Shown piece by piece: positions 24,782-39,186 of a DNA stretch of 64,000 nucleotides. The stretch is taken from the NCBI RefSeq assembly GCF_006345805.1, contig NC_043001.1, positions 111,662,001-111,726,000 of the forward strand, written 5' to 3'. Within the stretch, counting starts at the first letter, position 1. Each line of letters opens with the position of its first letter. The notes beneath the pieces are model-generated. The model saw nothing but the letters and a program-made list of their open reading frames with translations. It did not search any database and was not told the origin of the DNA. This DNA comes from Octopus sinensis. Its lineage: Eukaryota. The translations under genes and the position numbers were made by a program.

Positions 24782-26326
24782 ACGGCCTTCTGTTTGCGCC
24801 TAGTAAATCCACTCATTAGGTTTTGGTTGGCTCGAAGTGATAGCAGAAGACATTTGCTGAAGATATCTAGGAGCGGAGATTGAACGCAAGACTACATGGC
24901 TGGGAACCAATCTTCCACGTTTACTACCGTACAGGGCGGCTACAACCCACGCAGCGCCACGGGTTCACAGTTAGGTTTTGATGATAATTAAGAGCCATCT
25001 AATTGCAGTATCACCACTAATGTTCGCATTCTCAACAAACTAGTAAATATTCCATTTGTCCCTGATAATCTCTTTTCTTAAATAAATACAATCAAATCAT
25101 CTAATTTGATGTCGCTAATTGTTCTGATATTATCCTAAGATAATAAGTATAATGAATGCATAATTATCGTTACCCACAAGCGAATTTGAATCGTGATCCA
25201 CGTTCGTAAATTTTTATTCATGTACGTGAAGATAATCTATAAGAGACTTGTTATTAGCTCTAAATCAGCTCTAATCAAACAGGTTTATTATCTGTAGCAT
25301 TTAAATCATTGTCTTTTGCTTGGGGTACTGCGTACTTTGTTATCTAATTTGTTCCATTTTTCTTTTAATTGATTGAGTGTGTGCTGTGTGAGGGAACTCC
25401 AATGTGAGGAACAAAATACGGTTCACCTACCTCTCAGCGTCGGCTGTCCAGCTGTGTTAAATCCAAGACATGCCTTAGCCGTCTCATTGATCACTAGTAG
25501 CCACTGTGAAAGCCCTGTCTTGCCCTCGCTCCCATACGTGTCCATTCACGACGACTGTCTCGAGGCCAAAAGAGGACCACGCTGGTCTTCCCTCACATGG
25601 TCATTCCCTATTCCTTTTCCAGTGAGACCCCTCGACTATTGGCGTCACTGCCCTTTGCTTCCAGTTCACCTCATCTCCACTACGTGATCTTGAAGCAAGT
25701 TATTTCTAGATGGCAGGCTATGATTTGATTGCTATTTCTAGCAAGTTGAACGGCTCTATAAAAGCTACTTCATTGATCAGTTTATAAATTAATTGGGTTA
25801 ATGTGCATGGTTACCCAAAAAGCCGCTGATGAACCCATGATATGGTAATAGATGACTACCGCTGCATAGTTATCGTAGGTTATTGTGTGTGTTAAAAATT
25901 GTATAAAAAATTCCTTCAGACAGCATCAAACTGCTGAAACGATAATTCTATATCTGAAGGTCACCTCGAATTAAATATAATCTGATATGGCCGCATTAAA
26001 AAGTATTAAATAAACAAATAAGTGTTAAGTTTACTGTGGAAATGTAATTATGAATATCAAAGGCAAGAATTATAGATGTAGTTACTGTATATACACACAC
26101 ATTCATACAATACATACATACATACATGCATACATACATACATACATACATACATACATACATACATACATACATACATACATACATACATACATACAAA
26201 TTCAAGCATACATGCACCCACATAATTATTTACACATATTTATATAGTCACATTTATATACACTCACACATATATATATGCATAAATATATGTATAAATA
26301 TGTATGTAAATACATATGTATGTGTA

Positions 26327-26370
<44 letters not shown>

Positions 26371-26448
26371 GATATACACACATACACACACATACATATA
26401 TATGTATCTATATAGGTGTATATAAAAATAAATATGTATATTACCTAA

Positions 26449-26745
26449 CACAAGTCTGTCTCTCTGACACACTTGTCAGCATATTCATGGAACGTGTTGT
26501 CAGAAGGAAGTTGATCATGTTCTAAGAAGAAAATAACCTGTTTTCTAAATCGCAGCATAGCTTCCGGCCAGGAAGGTGCTGTCTCACTCAGCTACAATGG
26601 CGTTTTGCCTGGGTAGTGAAATATCAGCTCAAGCATTCACAATGTGAATGTGATATATTTCGACTTTACTCAAGACTTCGACAAATCGATCACAGGATCA
26701 TTTGTCACAAACTGCGAATCCGATGTTTCGTTGGATAACTAGATT
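26449..26745 (+). mobile_element. CR1/L2-type LINE RT fragment, degenerate
   Basis: Frameshifted MERVVRRKLIMF*EENNLFSKSQHSFRPGRCCLTQL...VIYFDFTQDFDK..HRIICHKLR, matching the QHGFRPGRSC and DF.KAFD motifs. Confidence 0.8.
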
Positions 26746-26757
26746 ACTGGTATTTTA

Positions 26758-27115
26758 AACCTTATCTATTTTACTTGTGCTTGCATGATGTTTCGTGAGG
26801 TTTACATTGGGATTTTAAATATGCTAAAGGAACAAAAGCCGTTGTAGAATATAACTAACACATGCTGTAATTATTGTGCATAGTATGATTCCAGGATATA
26901 TACAGAAGAGCTTTCGTCTTTGAAATATTTTTTCATAACATTTAATGTAATGAACAGAAATTCTAAATTTTGAGTTCCAATATCGTAACATTTATTCAGT
27001 TTTAGACTAAATAAATAAATGAAACTGTATTTATGAAAACAAGCCAAACATCTTTATATACATGCATGCACACATGCATATATATGTGTATACACACACA
27101 CACACACATACACAC

Positions 27116-27170
<55 letters not shown>

Positions 27171-27521
27171 ACACATATACACACATGCACACATACATGT
27201 ATAATAAAACAACAACGCGAGGGCGTGGTACATGCATGCAATACACCACAAGTTTCTTTTCAGTTTTCGTTCCTAAATCCGCTCGGATGGTTTTGTCGGT
27301 ACTGGACTATCGTAGAAGACTCTTGATCAAGAGTATACACATATAAACACATGCACACATGCACATACATGTATATTAACTTTTAGACGGAAAAGATTAA
27401 ATGTGACTTCGATGTCACTTGTAGAAGTCAATATGTGCTCTACATTACTAAGTATAAAAAGTATTGAATAAACTTTCAAATTATGTTAAATCATTTAAAA
27501 ATATAATTGACATAAGCGCTA
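26758..27521 (+). repeat. Local duplication, copy 2, with 124-bp templated insertion
   Basis: Matches 20306-20862; 27204-27327 is a copy of 27924-28047. Confidence 0.9.
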
Positions 27522-27800
27522 TTAAATGATAGGAGTCAGATAGTCGAAGCCAATGGTGACGTCAATACTAAGCGGAGTCTTTCCGAGAATAGACATCACC
27601 GGCTCTCTCAGACATCACTGGTGCCAAGCTGTATTAACCTTTGCCTTTCCCTTGGATAACATCGGTGGTGTGGAGAGTGGAGGCTGGTTATGCATGGGCG
27701 ACTGCTGGCCTTCCATGAACAACCTTGCTCGGACTTGTCCTTGGGAGGGTAACTTTCTAGTGCAATCCCATGGTCATTCATGACCGAAGGAGTTTCCTCC

Positions 27801-27860
<60 letters not shown>

Positions 27861-27923
27861 GGAGGTGTAATATATCTATATATCTATATCATTATATAAA
27901 AAAACAAGAAAAACACAAGAAGA

Positions 27924-28130
27924 ATAAAACAACAACGCGAGGGCGTGGTACATGCATGCAATACACCACAAGTTTCTTTTCAGTTTTCGTTCCTAAATCC
28001 GCTCGGATGGTTTTGTCGGTACTGGACTATCGTAGAAGACTCTTGATGAAGATGTTGCGCCGCAGCAGGAAACCTCCAAACACGTGACTGGGAAGCAAGC
28101 TTCTTGCCGCATAGCCACGCATACGCCATT
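27924..28130 (-). mobile_element. Old, diverged SINE family A fragment
   Basis: Degenerate reverse-complement match (tttcagttttcgttcctaaatcc...gcaagcttcttgccgcatagccacgcatacgcc). Confidence 0.6.
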
Positions 28131-28794
28131 GTTGGAAAGCATGATTCATACCACATAGCCACAAGTACGCCATTATTTATATAATTATAGCTTGACCAAA
28201 CTTTATGAAACATCACTATACGTTACGGATGCTATTTTAATACGAATAACTTCTTATGGAAACTTATATTACACATACATATATACTATATAAAGCCCTT
28301 TGGTTAGTGTACGCGCGAGTGTTTGTCTCCGTACGACCATAGCACATCTATATTTTTGAATCCTCCTCACATTTATAAATATGATACAAAAAAGACTTTT
28401 ATTGCGAAAATATTATGCTGAAATACTCTCAAACTTATTTAAATCTAAATAGAAGAAAAATGAGACAAAAACATACATTTAATAGTTGTTTTACCGAAAT
28501 GCCTCAAAACCGAAAAAACCAGTAACATTTGTATTTTTAAAGGTATATATTTTCCTTCATATTCGGGCATATTTTCTTTCAGTGGCAAGACAGGCATACA
28601 TAAGTAGAAATGGAGGCACGTGATTTATAATGCATCAAGAAAAATAATGTTTGTGTAAATGAGAATTGGAAAAAGAAATACAGATAAAATAATACTCAAT
28701 ACATGAGGAAGAGAAGAGAAAAAATGATAGGCAGAAAAAAAAAAGCGAAATGGTGCGTTAGATAATATTGCAAATTTAGTCGAACGGAAGAGCT

Positions 28795-28879
<85 letters not shown>

Positions 28880-29832
28880 GCATGTATATATGTGTATATT
28901 TATGTACATATATACATATAGTCGTGTATATATACATGTATATATATAGATGTATATATATAAATGTATATACACGTATATATATATATATAATACGCGT
29001 GGTTACTTTTGTATGTATGCATATGTAATCATCCATAAATGTGTGTGTATGTGATAGCGAGTGTGCTTGTGTGTGTGTGTGTATGTGTGTGTGCGTGTAT
29101 GTGATAGTGTGTGTGTGTGTGTGTGATAATGTGCGTGTGTTCGTGTTTATGTACATTAAACAATAGATTAATACATAAAGAATAATTAAAAGAAAATCTG
29201 GATATTCGTTATTTTTTAGTCTTGAATTCTGCTTTCATCAAGGGAAATCATTTCGAAAGATTCCAATAACATTTAATGAAAATACAAATAACCGACAAAC
29301 TAACAAACTAAACGACAAACACAAACAAACAAGCAAACAAACAAAATTAACTCTTATATGTTTGTAATTTCCGGTATTTGTTTTTCTCTTTTTCTTTCAG
29401 TACATTTATGTGATTGGAATAAATGAATTGAATTTTATGGAAACAAGAAAGCATTTCATTTTGTCAGAGAGGCTTGATGAAATGTTTTAGAAACAAGTGT
29501 TAACTTCTCCGTGGTGTTTATGTATTAAGATATCATGGTTTCTGAAGCTTGGTGGCCATCACTGTAACTACAACGAGTCTCCGCTACCAATGAAAACATT
29601 TCCTGCTATTATCGCCATGGTCGTCCTTCCTCGTTATTGTTATATCATTATCTTCATCATCGTCGTTGTCATCTTCACCTTCTTCCGTCCCCTCCTCCTG
29701 CGCCTGTTCCTCGCCTCCTTCTTCTCCTTCTCTTCGTCGTCGTGTCATAGTCATCATCATCATCATCATCGTCACCATCATCGTCGTCATTCTTCACCAC
29801 ATCGTTATCATCCTCCTCCCTCCGCATCGTCA

Positions 29833-29869
<37 letters not shown>

Positions 29870-29955
29870 CAGGAAGGGAGGAATTTCGATTATCCCCGTG
29901 GTGAGTTGTAATATATATAAGAAATTTCTAATTAAGTTCTTATACATACATTAAA

Positions 29956-30276
29956 GACTCCGCCAGTTACGACGACGAGGGTCCCAGCTGATACGATCAA
30001 CGGAACAGCTTGCTCGTGAAATTAACGTGCAAGTGGCTGAGCATTCCACAGACACGTGTACCCTTAATGTAGTTCTCGGGGATAATCAGCGTGACACAGA
30101 GAGTGACAAGGCTGACCCTTTGAAATACAAGTACAACTCATTTTTGCCAGCTGAGTGGACTGGAGCAACGTGAAATAAAGTGTCTTGCTCAAGGACACAA
30201 CGCGTCGCCGGGAATCGAACTCACAACCTTACGATCATGATCCGAATGCCCTAACCACTAAGCCACGCGCCCTCAC
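29956..30276 (-). mobile_element. SINE family E (own tRNA head, CORE-like middle, 3' tail shared with family C)
   Basis: gtgagggcgcgtggcttagtggttagggc...gagttcgattccc head; gtgtccttgagcaagacactt middle; tail gtatttcaaagggtcagcc...cctcgtcgtcgtaac as in family C. Confidence 0.85.
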
Positions 30277-30298
30277 ATACATACATACATACATACAT

Positions 30299-30342
<44 letters not shown>

Positions 30343-30378
30343 TTATACATATGTATAAACATTTATACACAAACAGAG

Positions 30379-30419
<41 letters not shown>

Positions 30420-30464
30420 CATACGTATAAATATTTATACACACACAGGTATATATATATATGT

Positions 30465-31242
30465 GTATATGAAATATTTTGTCTGTCTGTTACCTATGCA
30501 TTCTCAAACGACTCGACCAATTCAAATAAAATTTTACAACGTAATAGTAACAGACCCCGTGATTGTCAGCATATAATTTGTTTTTCATTTGGATTAAAAT
30601 AGTATAACATTAGCACTGGTTCGGCATTACGTGTCAAAAGTGAAAAAATAAGATCTATATTTTAATGTGATATAATAGCTTCTCTGTTATTCTTTCTCTT
30701 TTAATTATAATGTGATAACTCTAAGATCATCTTATTTCTATTATATTTCAATTATTGTATAGTTTTTCTACGTTCATAAATTTTTTTTTTACAATACTGA
30801 AAAAATATGCCACCAAAGAAAAGACGTAATCTCTCTAGAAACAAGTATAAAGCAAGGAGGATTGTAGAAATCAGAAAGCGAGAGTCTCAAGAGAGAAAGG
30901 AGATGAGACTTTCTCAAGATCAGCAAAGGTATACTGCAGCACATCAGATGGAGTCTCAATACAGAAGGGAGATGAGACTTTCCCAAGATCAGCAAATGCA
31001 TACTGCAGCATTTAAGGCAGGATCATCAAAAACAATGTTTTAATTATTAAACAGAGGTCCAATGGAATACCACTCAGAAACAGAATGCGTACAAATTCGT
31101 TCTTCACAACACATGGAGCTGCTTTCAGATATGATCCATCCCATTCTTATAAAATTGATAATTTTTCTCGAGGGTGTGCAGTACAACCGTTTATTCGTTT
31201 ACTTATTTCAGCCTGCGAATTGTAGCCAAGCTAGGTTACTAG
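30465..31242 (+). mobile_element. Non-autonomous Helitron-like relic
   Basis: gtctgtctgttacctatgc 5' region after a TA tract; ORF MPPKKRRNLSRNKYKARRIVEIRKRESQERKEMRLSQDQQR with repeated ~21-aa units resembling Helitron Rep/helicase N-termini; CTAG at 31239-31242. Confidence 0.6.
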
Positions 31243-31461
31243 AATTACATTAAATGATTTGAGTCTCTTGATCTGTAGTGCGACGCGTCATCCACTGCGC
31301 CAAGAGACCGATGTATGTCTAAAAAAATCTGGATTGGCTCGGTTGGAGATAATTTGATCATAAATATGTCTATCACTCTATCAGTTAACTAGAGATGGTG
31401 TGGGTAAAGCAACAACGATGACGACGACGATAATGACGACGATAAGAACAGTACCAACAAC

Positions 31462-31860
31462 ATGTAGGAGTGGCTGTGTGGTAAGTAGCTGCCTTACGAA
31501 CCACATGGTTCCGGGTTCAGTCCCATTGCGTGGCACCTTGGGCAAGTGTCTTCTACTATAGCCTCGGGCCGACCAAAGCCTTGTGAGTGGATTTGATAGA
31601 CGGAAACTGAAAGAAGCCCGTCGTATATATGTGTATATATATATATGTATATATATGTATGTGTGTATATGTTTGTTCCCCTCAACATCGATTGACAACC
31701 GATGCTGGTGTGTTTACGTCCCCTATCTAAGCGGTTCGACAAAAGAAACCGATAGAATAAGTACTAGACTTCCAAAGAATAATTCCTGGGATCGATTTGC
31801 TCGACTCGAGGCGGTACCCCAGCATGGCCATAGTCAAATGACTGAAACAAGTAAAAGAGT
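31462..31860 (+). mobile_element. SINE family A, full length
   Basis: Matches family A consensus. Confidence 0.85.
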
Positions 31861-32559
31861 AATCACTGTTAAAAAAAGAAATCAAGTTTTTAAAAATCAG
31901 CTGCGTATAAAAATTTCATGAGATATTTATTTTATAATTTGGAAAAAAAGCGTGAGAGAGAGAAAAAAAGAGGAAGAAGTTTTTGTACAACCGAATTCCC
32001 TTTTTAACGACAAAGAAAAAGTTTGAAAAACTAACTTGTCGTAAATGACAGCTTTGTGGATTGCATATTGACTTTGAAGTTTGACAGAGTATTATATTGA
32101 AATAAATGATAAATTTTCATTACTTTTTTCCTTAAAATGATGGCAGATGAAAAAGACAATTTGAGCAGATTGAAAGTCGTTGCTGATATATTGGCTGTCA
32201 AATAATTTTGATAAACGGAATCAGATTCTTGTCCCCAAATCTCGACATTATAATAATTGATTTATAATTTCTAAGTTTCTTCAGGCAAAAGATGATGTCA
32301 GTTAACTGCCTAAAAGGTTCCTTTTTTAATCATCGTTTTAAAATGTAATGTAGTTATTTCATTCTAACAAAATATAAAAAACAACAACAAAAACAACCTA
32401 CCCCACGCCATAAAAACAACAAATTTTTATTACTTAAATATGCAGTTCTCTTTCGGCCATGACCCAATATTCCTGGCGATATGAAGGAAAACTGAACAGA
32501 AGTTGGTCTTATTTTTATCAAGAATTCTCCTCTCTTTTGAGGTTCGAAAGCTGGAACTG

Positions 32560-32990
32560 GCACAATTACTGTGCCAGACCTGCAATTTTAGAATCCAATC
32601 CAGACTCGCGAGTCTGGAACTCTCGACTAAAGTTACACGACAGAATGCGTAGATCGGGGACCAGGGAAACTCTCCAGGTCAAACCGCTATCTTTCCGCCT
32701 TGAAAGGTCACAGCTCCGGTATTACTGTCATATGGTTACAATGTCGCAGGAAAGACTCACAAGATGAATTCTTCAAGCTGTTCTAATAACTTGGAGTCCT
32801 GAGAATAAACGAAGAACTTAATGGTTGGATAATATCGATAATCACTGTTGGCCATACTTGCGAATCTACCCGGAATGTCAAGTGACGATTGCTTCTGATT
32901 GGACTCCATGGAAGAGATACCTGTGGGCTCTACTCTCCGATCATCTCAGGAATAGAGAACGGAGGAGATGGGTGCATGATGAACGCAAAA
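32560..32990 (+). mobile_element. RTE LINE 3' fragment
   Basis: RETLQVKPLSFRLERSQLRYYCHMVTMSQERLTR*ILQAV...WLDNIDNHCW...IASDWTPWKRYL resembles the RTE C-terminus (RLRW.GHV.RM...R...W). Confidence 0.75.
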
Positions 32991-33069
32991 GGGGCATTTT
33001 CCTTGTTTCTGCCTGTCTCTGCCTCTCTTGTTTACTCTTGTGGGTTCGAGGTCGTTGTGAATTCGTGGC

Positions 33070-33166
33070 AGAGAAGAAGAAGAAGAAGAAGAAGAAGAAG
33101 AAGAAGAAGAAGAAGAAGAAGAAGAAGAAGAAGAAGAAGAAGAAGAAGAAGAAGAAGAAGAAGAAA
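33070..33166. repeat. Pure (AGA)n trinucleotide microsatellite
   Basis: Directly visible. Confidence 0.95.
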
Positions 33167-33899
33167 ATAATATGGGAGTGCTATGATTATAGTAGGATGT
33201 TAAATTGTCAAGTGCCCTGAAAGTGACTTGTGGATGGTAGTAGTGATTGAATTCTTGAGATATATTACTTTGATACACATACGGAAAAGAACTACCAATA
33301 ATTTCATGCTCTTTTGATACTTTAGAAAGGAATATCTCTAAAATAAGCTGTGTATCTCCAAGAAATCTTTCAGGCTCTGTTTATGCATTAAATATATTTT
33401 AAAAAACTAGTATGCCGGACTATGAGAGAATAAGAAAACACGAAGAAAATTGGTGCAAAAAATGGAACGAGGGGAAAGAAACGAAAGCAAGAAAACCAAG
33501 GTCTCTGTCTTCCCTGATTGCAGAAACCACAATTAATGCAGCTGGCATTGAACAAAATAACAGAAAATATGTCAAATATTTCACATTTTCCTAATAAATC
33601 ACCTCCATCATAGCCGAAGCCCCAGTTTCTTTATTAACTAGAGATGGTCAGCTTATGACGCACGCACCAAAAGTGGAACATTGGATGATTAGAACTAGCA
33701 TATTGTACACCTACCCGTAACTTTTCAACTTCCATTCGTTCTTGAGGTTTCAGCGAGCGCCGACACACTGCAGGCCTTTTGCTAGTTTATAGCTGATACC
33801 CTTCACCAACAGACTCGTGTTTTGAGAGCATTTGCAGGTTTGTATATCTTCTTTGAAAATTAATCCTTGCTTTCTCTTTGACTAACAACACAAAAGGAA

Positions 33900-35650
33900 A
33901 CAAGCCAAGTAATATCAAAAGATGATTGTAATCGCGAATTCAATGATTAATAGGAAAGAGAATTTGCATTGACAGCAAGTCTGTAGGGGAAACCGTTGTG
34001 TCTTTGTGAAAATATTTTCTCATATAACAGAAGACTTGGCCCTACAAAATACAACGTTAATCTAAAATGGTAGGAAAACGTAAGCTAATTCTTGGATCAC
34101 AATTACAGAAAGAAAGATGATTGAGAAAAAGGCAAAATTTATACAAAAAACCCTTCAATATACATTAGTTGGCTATGGAAGAAACATAGCATACTGTTGC
34201 TTTTAGCATTGGCCAACAGACGACAACCCTTCTCTCATGGAAATGAAATTTTTAGTCATTTTTTCTGAATATTTGTAAGATATTTTGCTTCAAAATACTG
34301 AAAGAAACGCAGTAGAAATCGTTCTTTCGAAACTAACGAGAAACATTGAAGATCTCTTTCGTAGTTTATCTAAGTGACTGAAAGTTTTTTCGATACTCGT
34401 TCTTAATTTTTTGTAATTTTGGATGAATTCATTCACATATGTAAATAAAGTTCAGTTACTAATTTGTGTAAGAGAAATTGATCAAAATTCTAACGTCTTT
34501 GAAGGACTTGTGAGTATTGAGTTGCTTCAATGGAAAAGATGAGCAACAGATGTATTTGAAAAAAATTGTGCCGTGAAAATCTACAACAAAATTTCAAGAG
34601 TAAAGTCACCAGTATTTTCGTTAAAGTAACTCCGACGGTGATCAGTAAAAACGCTTATAAACTCTTTATATAGTTGTCTTGTAAAAGATGTCTGCATTAA
34701 GCATTAACAGTCCTTGTGTGAAAAGAATCTAAACTTGCAGCATGTTATATTAACAGTTGTGAAATGTTGTGGATAAATCTAAAGCGAAAACATTAAATCG
34801 ACAAGAATGTAGAGAATAATGCGATATGTTAGATTTGGAACATGGCAATCTTGTCCGCCATTGTGAGGTGTATTGGGTTTCTAGAGAAGTGGAGTTTGGA
34901 GTGGAGTTTGGAAACTGAATAATATTGTTCATAATTTCCTAGAAGAGAAAAATGACTTGCTCGAAGAAAGAGCCCTTTTATTGCTGATGTGATTTAGTAT
35001 ATTAAGTTGATGTAACTAACCATTTCAGTGATGTAAATCTGAAAATGCACAGCGAGAATAAATTGTTTCCTAGCTCAGTAAAGAGGAAATTAAAACTGAT
35101 CATCTCACAGCTTGAAAATGAGGATTGGAATCAATTTCCGTACATAAAAGAATAGAATGAATGCGTTGAGGATAATGACAAAATGGCAATTTTAGGAAAT
35201 ATGCTGATAAAATCAGAGCAATGCAAGAATGATTTCAAGGTTACATGCATTTATAAATCCATATTCACTTAGTGAAGAAAACATCATAAAAATGGTCGCT
35301 AACATACAAAAGGAAATTAGTGACTTGAAAACAAACTTATTATCGAAATTTGGTGAGCCTCTTTCTCTTCGAAATGCTATAGACATGATTAATTTTTAAC
35401 GATCAGTTCCCTAAGAACGTTTTTTTTTAGAGAAACGAGACTTTGCTAATAGTTGCTCTTACTGTTTCGGTTTTACGTACAGAAATAAAGAAACAATCTC
35501 ATCCATGAAACTGATAAAAGATAAAACAAAGTCATGCTTGACTGATTTAAATTTGAAAAATTCTCTGCTAATTTACGTCCAAAAACTAAAAGCTTGCGAA
35601 ATCAAAATAGACATAAAAGTCAAACAACAGAAAGTAATGTCGACGTCTTT
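33900..35650 (+). pseudogene. Degenerate hAT transposase (GTF2IRD2/Charlie/SPIN-like)
   Basis: Scattered frameshifted motifs: GNLVRHCEVYWVSR (cf. H.EVRWLSRG), VDVTNHFSDVNLKMHSENKLF, KLKLIISQLENEDWNQFP, SSMKLIKDKTKSCLTDLNL (hAT dimerisation region). Confidence 0.75.
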
Positions 35651-36172
35651 TCAATATTAAAGATATTATATTTTGTAAAAATTTTAAAAGTATCGGTATA
35701 AACATATTTCATACAAGAATTGAAGGATGCACATAACTTGTATGATGAAGCTTAACTTATGCATTTAAAATTGCTACATGAAATATAAAACAGCAGTTAT
35801 CACTGCTTTATAAATTATTTTGTCTTCCGTGTCTTTATAATACTTGGTCGTTCCAACATATGCTGATGATTTTTTGTTTTATTATAAATAAATGTTTTTA
35901 AAGCTCATGCACACTCCTGTGGGTTGGCAGAATAGTTAGAGCACTGGAGAAAATACCTTGTAATATTTGAGTTCGAATCAAACCGAAATCAACTTTGCCT
36001 TTCGTGCTTTCGGTGTCGATACAAAAACAAATAGATACCAATCAAGGATTGAGTCCGGTGGTAACGATTGAGCCATTCTGCCTAAATTAGAAATATTTAC
36101 TATCATTAGTACCGTTACTCTTTACTAATTACCTCTATTTTCATAAGAACTATTATGCTTATTATAATCAAT

Positions 36173-36381
36173 ATTCTTTTCTACTATAGGCACAACATTT
36201 GGGGGTAGGGGGCCAGTCGATTAGATCGGACCCAGTATGCAACTGGTATTTGATTTATCGACCCCGAAAAAGGAAAGACAAAGTCGACCTCGGCGGAATT
36301 TGAACACAGAACGTAGAGACAGACGAAACACCATTAAGGATTTCGCCCGGCGTTCTAACAATTCTGCCATGTCGCCACTTT
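36173..36381 (-). mobile_element. SINE family B, tail type 2
   Basis: Reverse-complement match. Confidence 0.75.
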
Positions 36382-36511
36382 AGCTATCTTCATCATAATA
36401 CAAATTGTTTCTTCCTAATCCAGGGTACGTGCAAAACTACAGGGGTGAGGCATTTATTCTTAATCAGCTTGAAGTGATATTCCTAGGAAGTGATAAAGCT
36501 TTTTACCTAGG

Positions 36512-36776
36512 AAAGCTCGTCGTATATATTTATGTATATATGTATGTATGTGTGTATATGTTTGCGTTTCTGTGTTTGTTCCCCCAACATCACTTGACAA
36601 TCGACGCTGGTGTGTTTACGTCCCCGTAACTTAGCGGTTCGGCAAAAGAGACTCGATAGAATAAGTACTAGGCTTACAAAGAACAAGTCCTGGGATCGAT
36701 GTGCTCGACTAAACGCGGTATTCCAGCATGGCCACAGTCAAATGACTGAAACAAGTAAAAGGGTAAAGAGAGAGTA
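36512..36776 (+). mobile_element. SINE family A 3' half
   Basis: aagctcgtcg-(TA/TG)n-tttgttcccccaacatcacttgacaatcg...gactgaaacaagtaaaag. Confidence 0.8.
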
Positions 36777-37126
36777 TTACTTAACTACTTTTCATTGCCC
36801 GAGCGCGTCGCCGTCGCTTCTAATCCCACTCTTGCATTGCATAATTACACTGAATGAGAGGTGTAAAGCGAGATGTAGTCTGCAAGACTTCGTGGAATTA
36901 ATAAATAGAAATAATTCCTGAAGAATGAAAGCTTCCAGTTTTCGATATTGCTTCTACTTTATAAAGTATAATAAATGTTGTACTGAAAGCACTGTTTGAT
37001 TGCTACAGTCTATATTATACATGTATACGAATGCATATATTTATCCTTGTGTGTGCAGCTAGCCATAATTTCTCATCTTACTGTTGTGTGTGTGTTTGTG
37101 AGATAGATAGATAGATAGATAGAGAT

Positions 37127-37165
<39 letters not shown>

Positions 37166-37809
37166 GTGTATGTGTCTCGGTGTCTATGTATGCGTATCTT
37201 TCACTGAAAAATGTAATTGTCGACGAGACAGCGGAGTCAGCAGAAAGGAGATGACATCTACATAGACAATGTGTTCATTTATTCACTGCCAGGTGAAATT
37301 ATTGTTGAAATCGCATGTACATATTTGAATAGTTCCAATCTAAAGAGAGACAGATTCGTGACGTCATACAATTTGCTCCACTTCCATGACAAAATCAAAT
37401 CCCACGAACAAAAAAAAATATTTAACACGTAACTCTTGCAATTTATAAAACTCACATATGAATGCCATTGTGTAAGTGTGTGCATTGATGGAATGCATAT
37501 TTACATATATATATATAAATAGTTATTTAATACATATGTATATATATATACATATATATATACATAGATAACCCTCCTTCTTTCCTTCTTTCTTGAGCGT
37601 CCAATAATACTATATTTGTTCCACATCCTCGCGTTGTTGTGTTTTTTTTGTGCTTTCTTGTTTGGATTAACTATATATATATATAATTATTTAATGTGTA
37701 TATATATATATATACTTATTTAATGTATATATATATATATACACATATGTATTTATGTAATATATATATATACTTGTGTAATTTATATATATATATATAT
37801 ACTTGTGTA

Positions 37810-37857
<48 letters not shown>

Positions 37858-38288
37858 GGGTGCATCTAAATAGGAAAATATATAGTATATCCAATATATA
37901 CGTGTGTATATGTCAGTGTGTTTTTCTTTTAAAGCAAATCAAAGAAACAAAATCTCAGTACATAAAGGTTTCTGATTTAGGTAGAAGAACAGTAATTTTG
38001 AAGGGAAATCTTTGTTGGTTACGTCATATTTGAGAAGCACTTTATTTTATCGACGCCGAATGCATGAAAAAGAAAGCTGACAGTGTGGGATTTGAACTTG
38101 GGGCGAGAAGACTCGGGACAAATACTACATGAGATTTTCCTTTGACTCTAATGATACTCCCAACACAATATCTTAGGATTAATTAAAATAAATATTTCCA
38201 ATGTCAGCAAAAGTCCAGCAATTTGTGTAAAGTTAGTGAATCGGTGGCATCGACTACAGTACATAAATACTATTTAATAGTATTTAAT

Positions 38289-38520
38289 AGGCGGCGAGCT
38301 GGCAGAACCGTTAGCACGCCGGGCGAAATGCTTAGCGGTATATCGTCTGCGTAACGTTGTGAGTTCAAATTCCGCCGAGGTCGACTTTGCCTTTCATCCT
38401 TTCGGGGTCGATAAATTAAGTACCAGTTACGCACTGGGGTCGATGTAATCGACTTAATACCTATGTCTGTCCTTGTTTGTCCCCTCTGTGTTTAGCCCCT
38501 TGTGGGTAATAAACAAATAA
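38289..38520 (+). mobile_element. Young SINE B (tail 1) nested in an old antisense SINE B
   Basis: tatttaatag at 38271-38290 (twice) and 38522-38531 is TSD-like; the flanks join into a degenerate minus-strand SINE B. Confidence 0.85.
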
Positions 38521-39141
38521 ATATTTAATAGTATCGATTCCGAAATAAGTAGATGCAGAGACGACCTCGGAGTAATTTGAACTCAAAACTTCAGTTGTGA
38601 TAAGAAATACCGCAAAGAGTTTCATTCAGTGCACTAACGATTCTATCAATCCAAGGCCACAAGAGCTGAGGTTTTGGAATTATTTATTCCACGTTCTGCG
38701 TTTCTTGTTACTTAAACTAACAATATAATCAACATTCCAAGGTATGCCATTGCACCAATGTGCAACGTTTTATTCATAAACAACAAATATTCTTTAATAA
38801 GAGGAAACTTTAATATCTATATGTACGTATAACATTGTGTGTGTATGTATGTGTGTTACTATGTGTCTAAGAATATGTGTATATGTATATGAATGTATAA
38901 TATTGTATGTGCATATATATGTATAAGTTTGTGTATGTATGTATGTATGTATGTATATATGTATGTCTACATGTAGATATGTGTGTGTGTGTGTACATGC
39001 CTTAATATTATTTATATGCATGTATTTATATGCAATTGCATAATTACACTTGTACGTGTATATAAATACATATATATATATATATACATACATTTATGTA
39101 TATATATATATATGTATGTATGTATGTATATATGTATGTAT

Positions 39142-39186
<45 letters not shown>

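Noticed and set aside
27660-27790. Possible HDV-like ribozyme (catggg...gcaatcccatg) in a GC-richer repeat
   Set aside because: A P2-like pairing exists but I could not build P1/P3/P1.1 in the required order.
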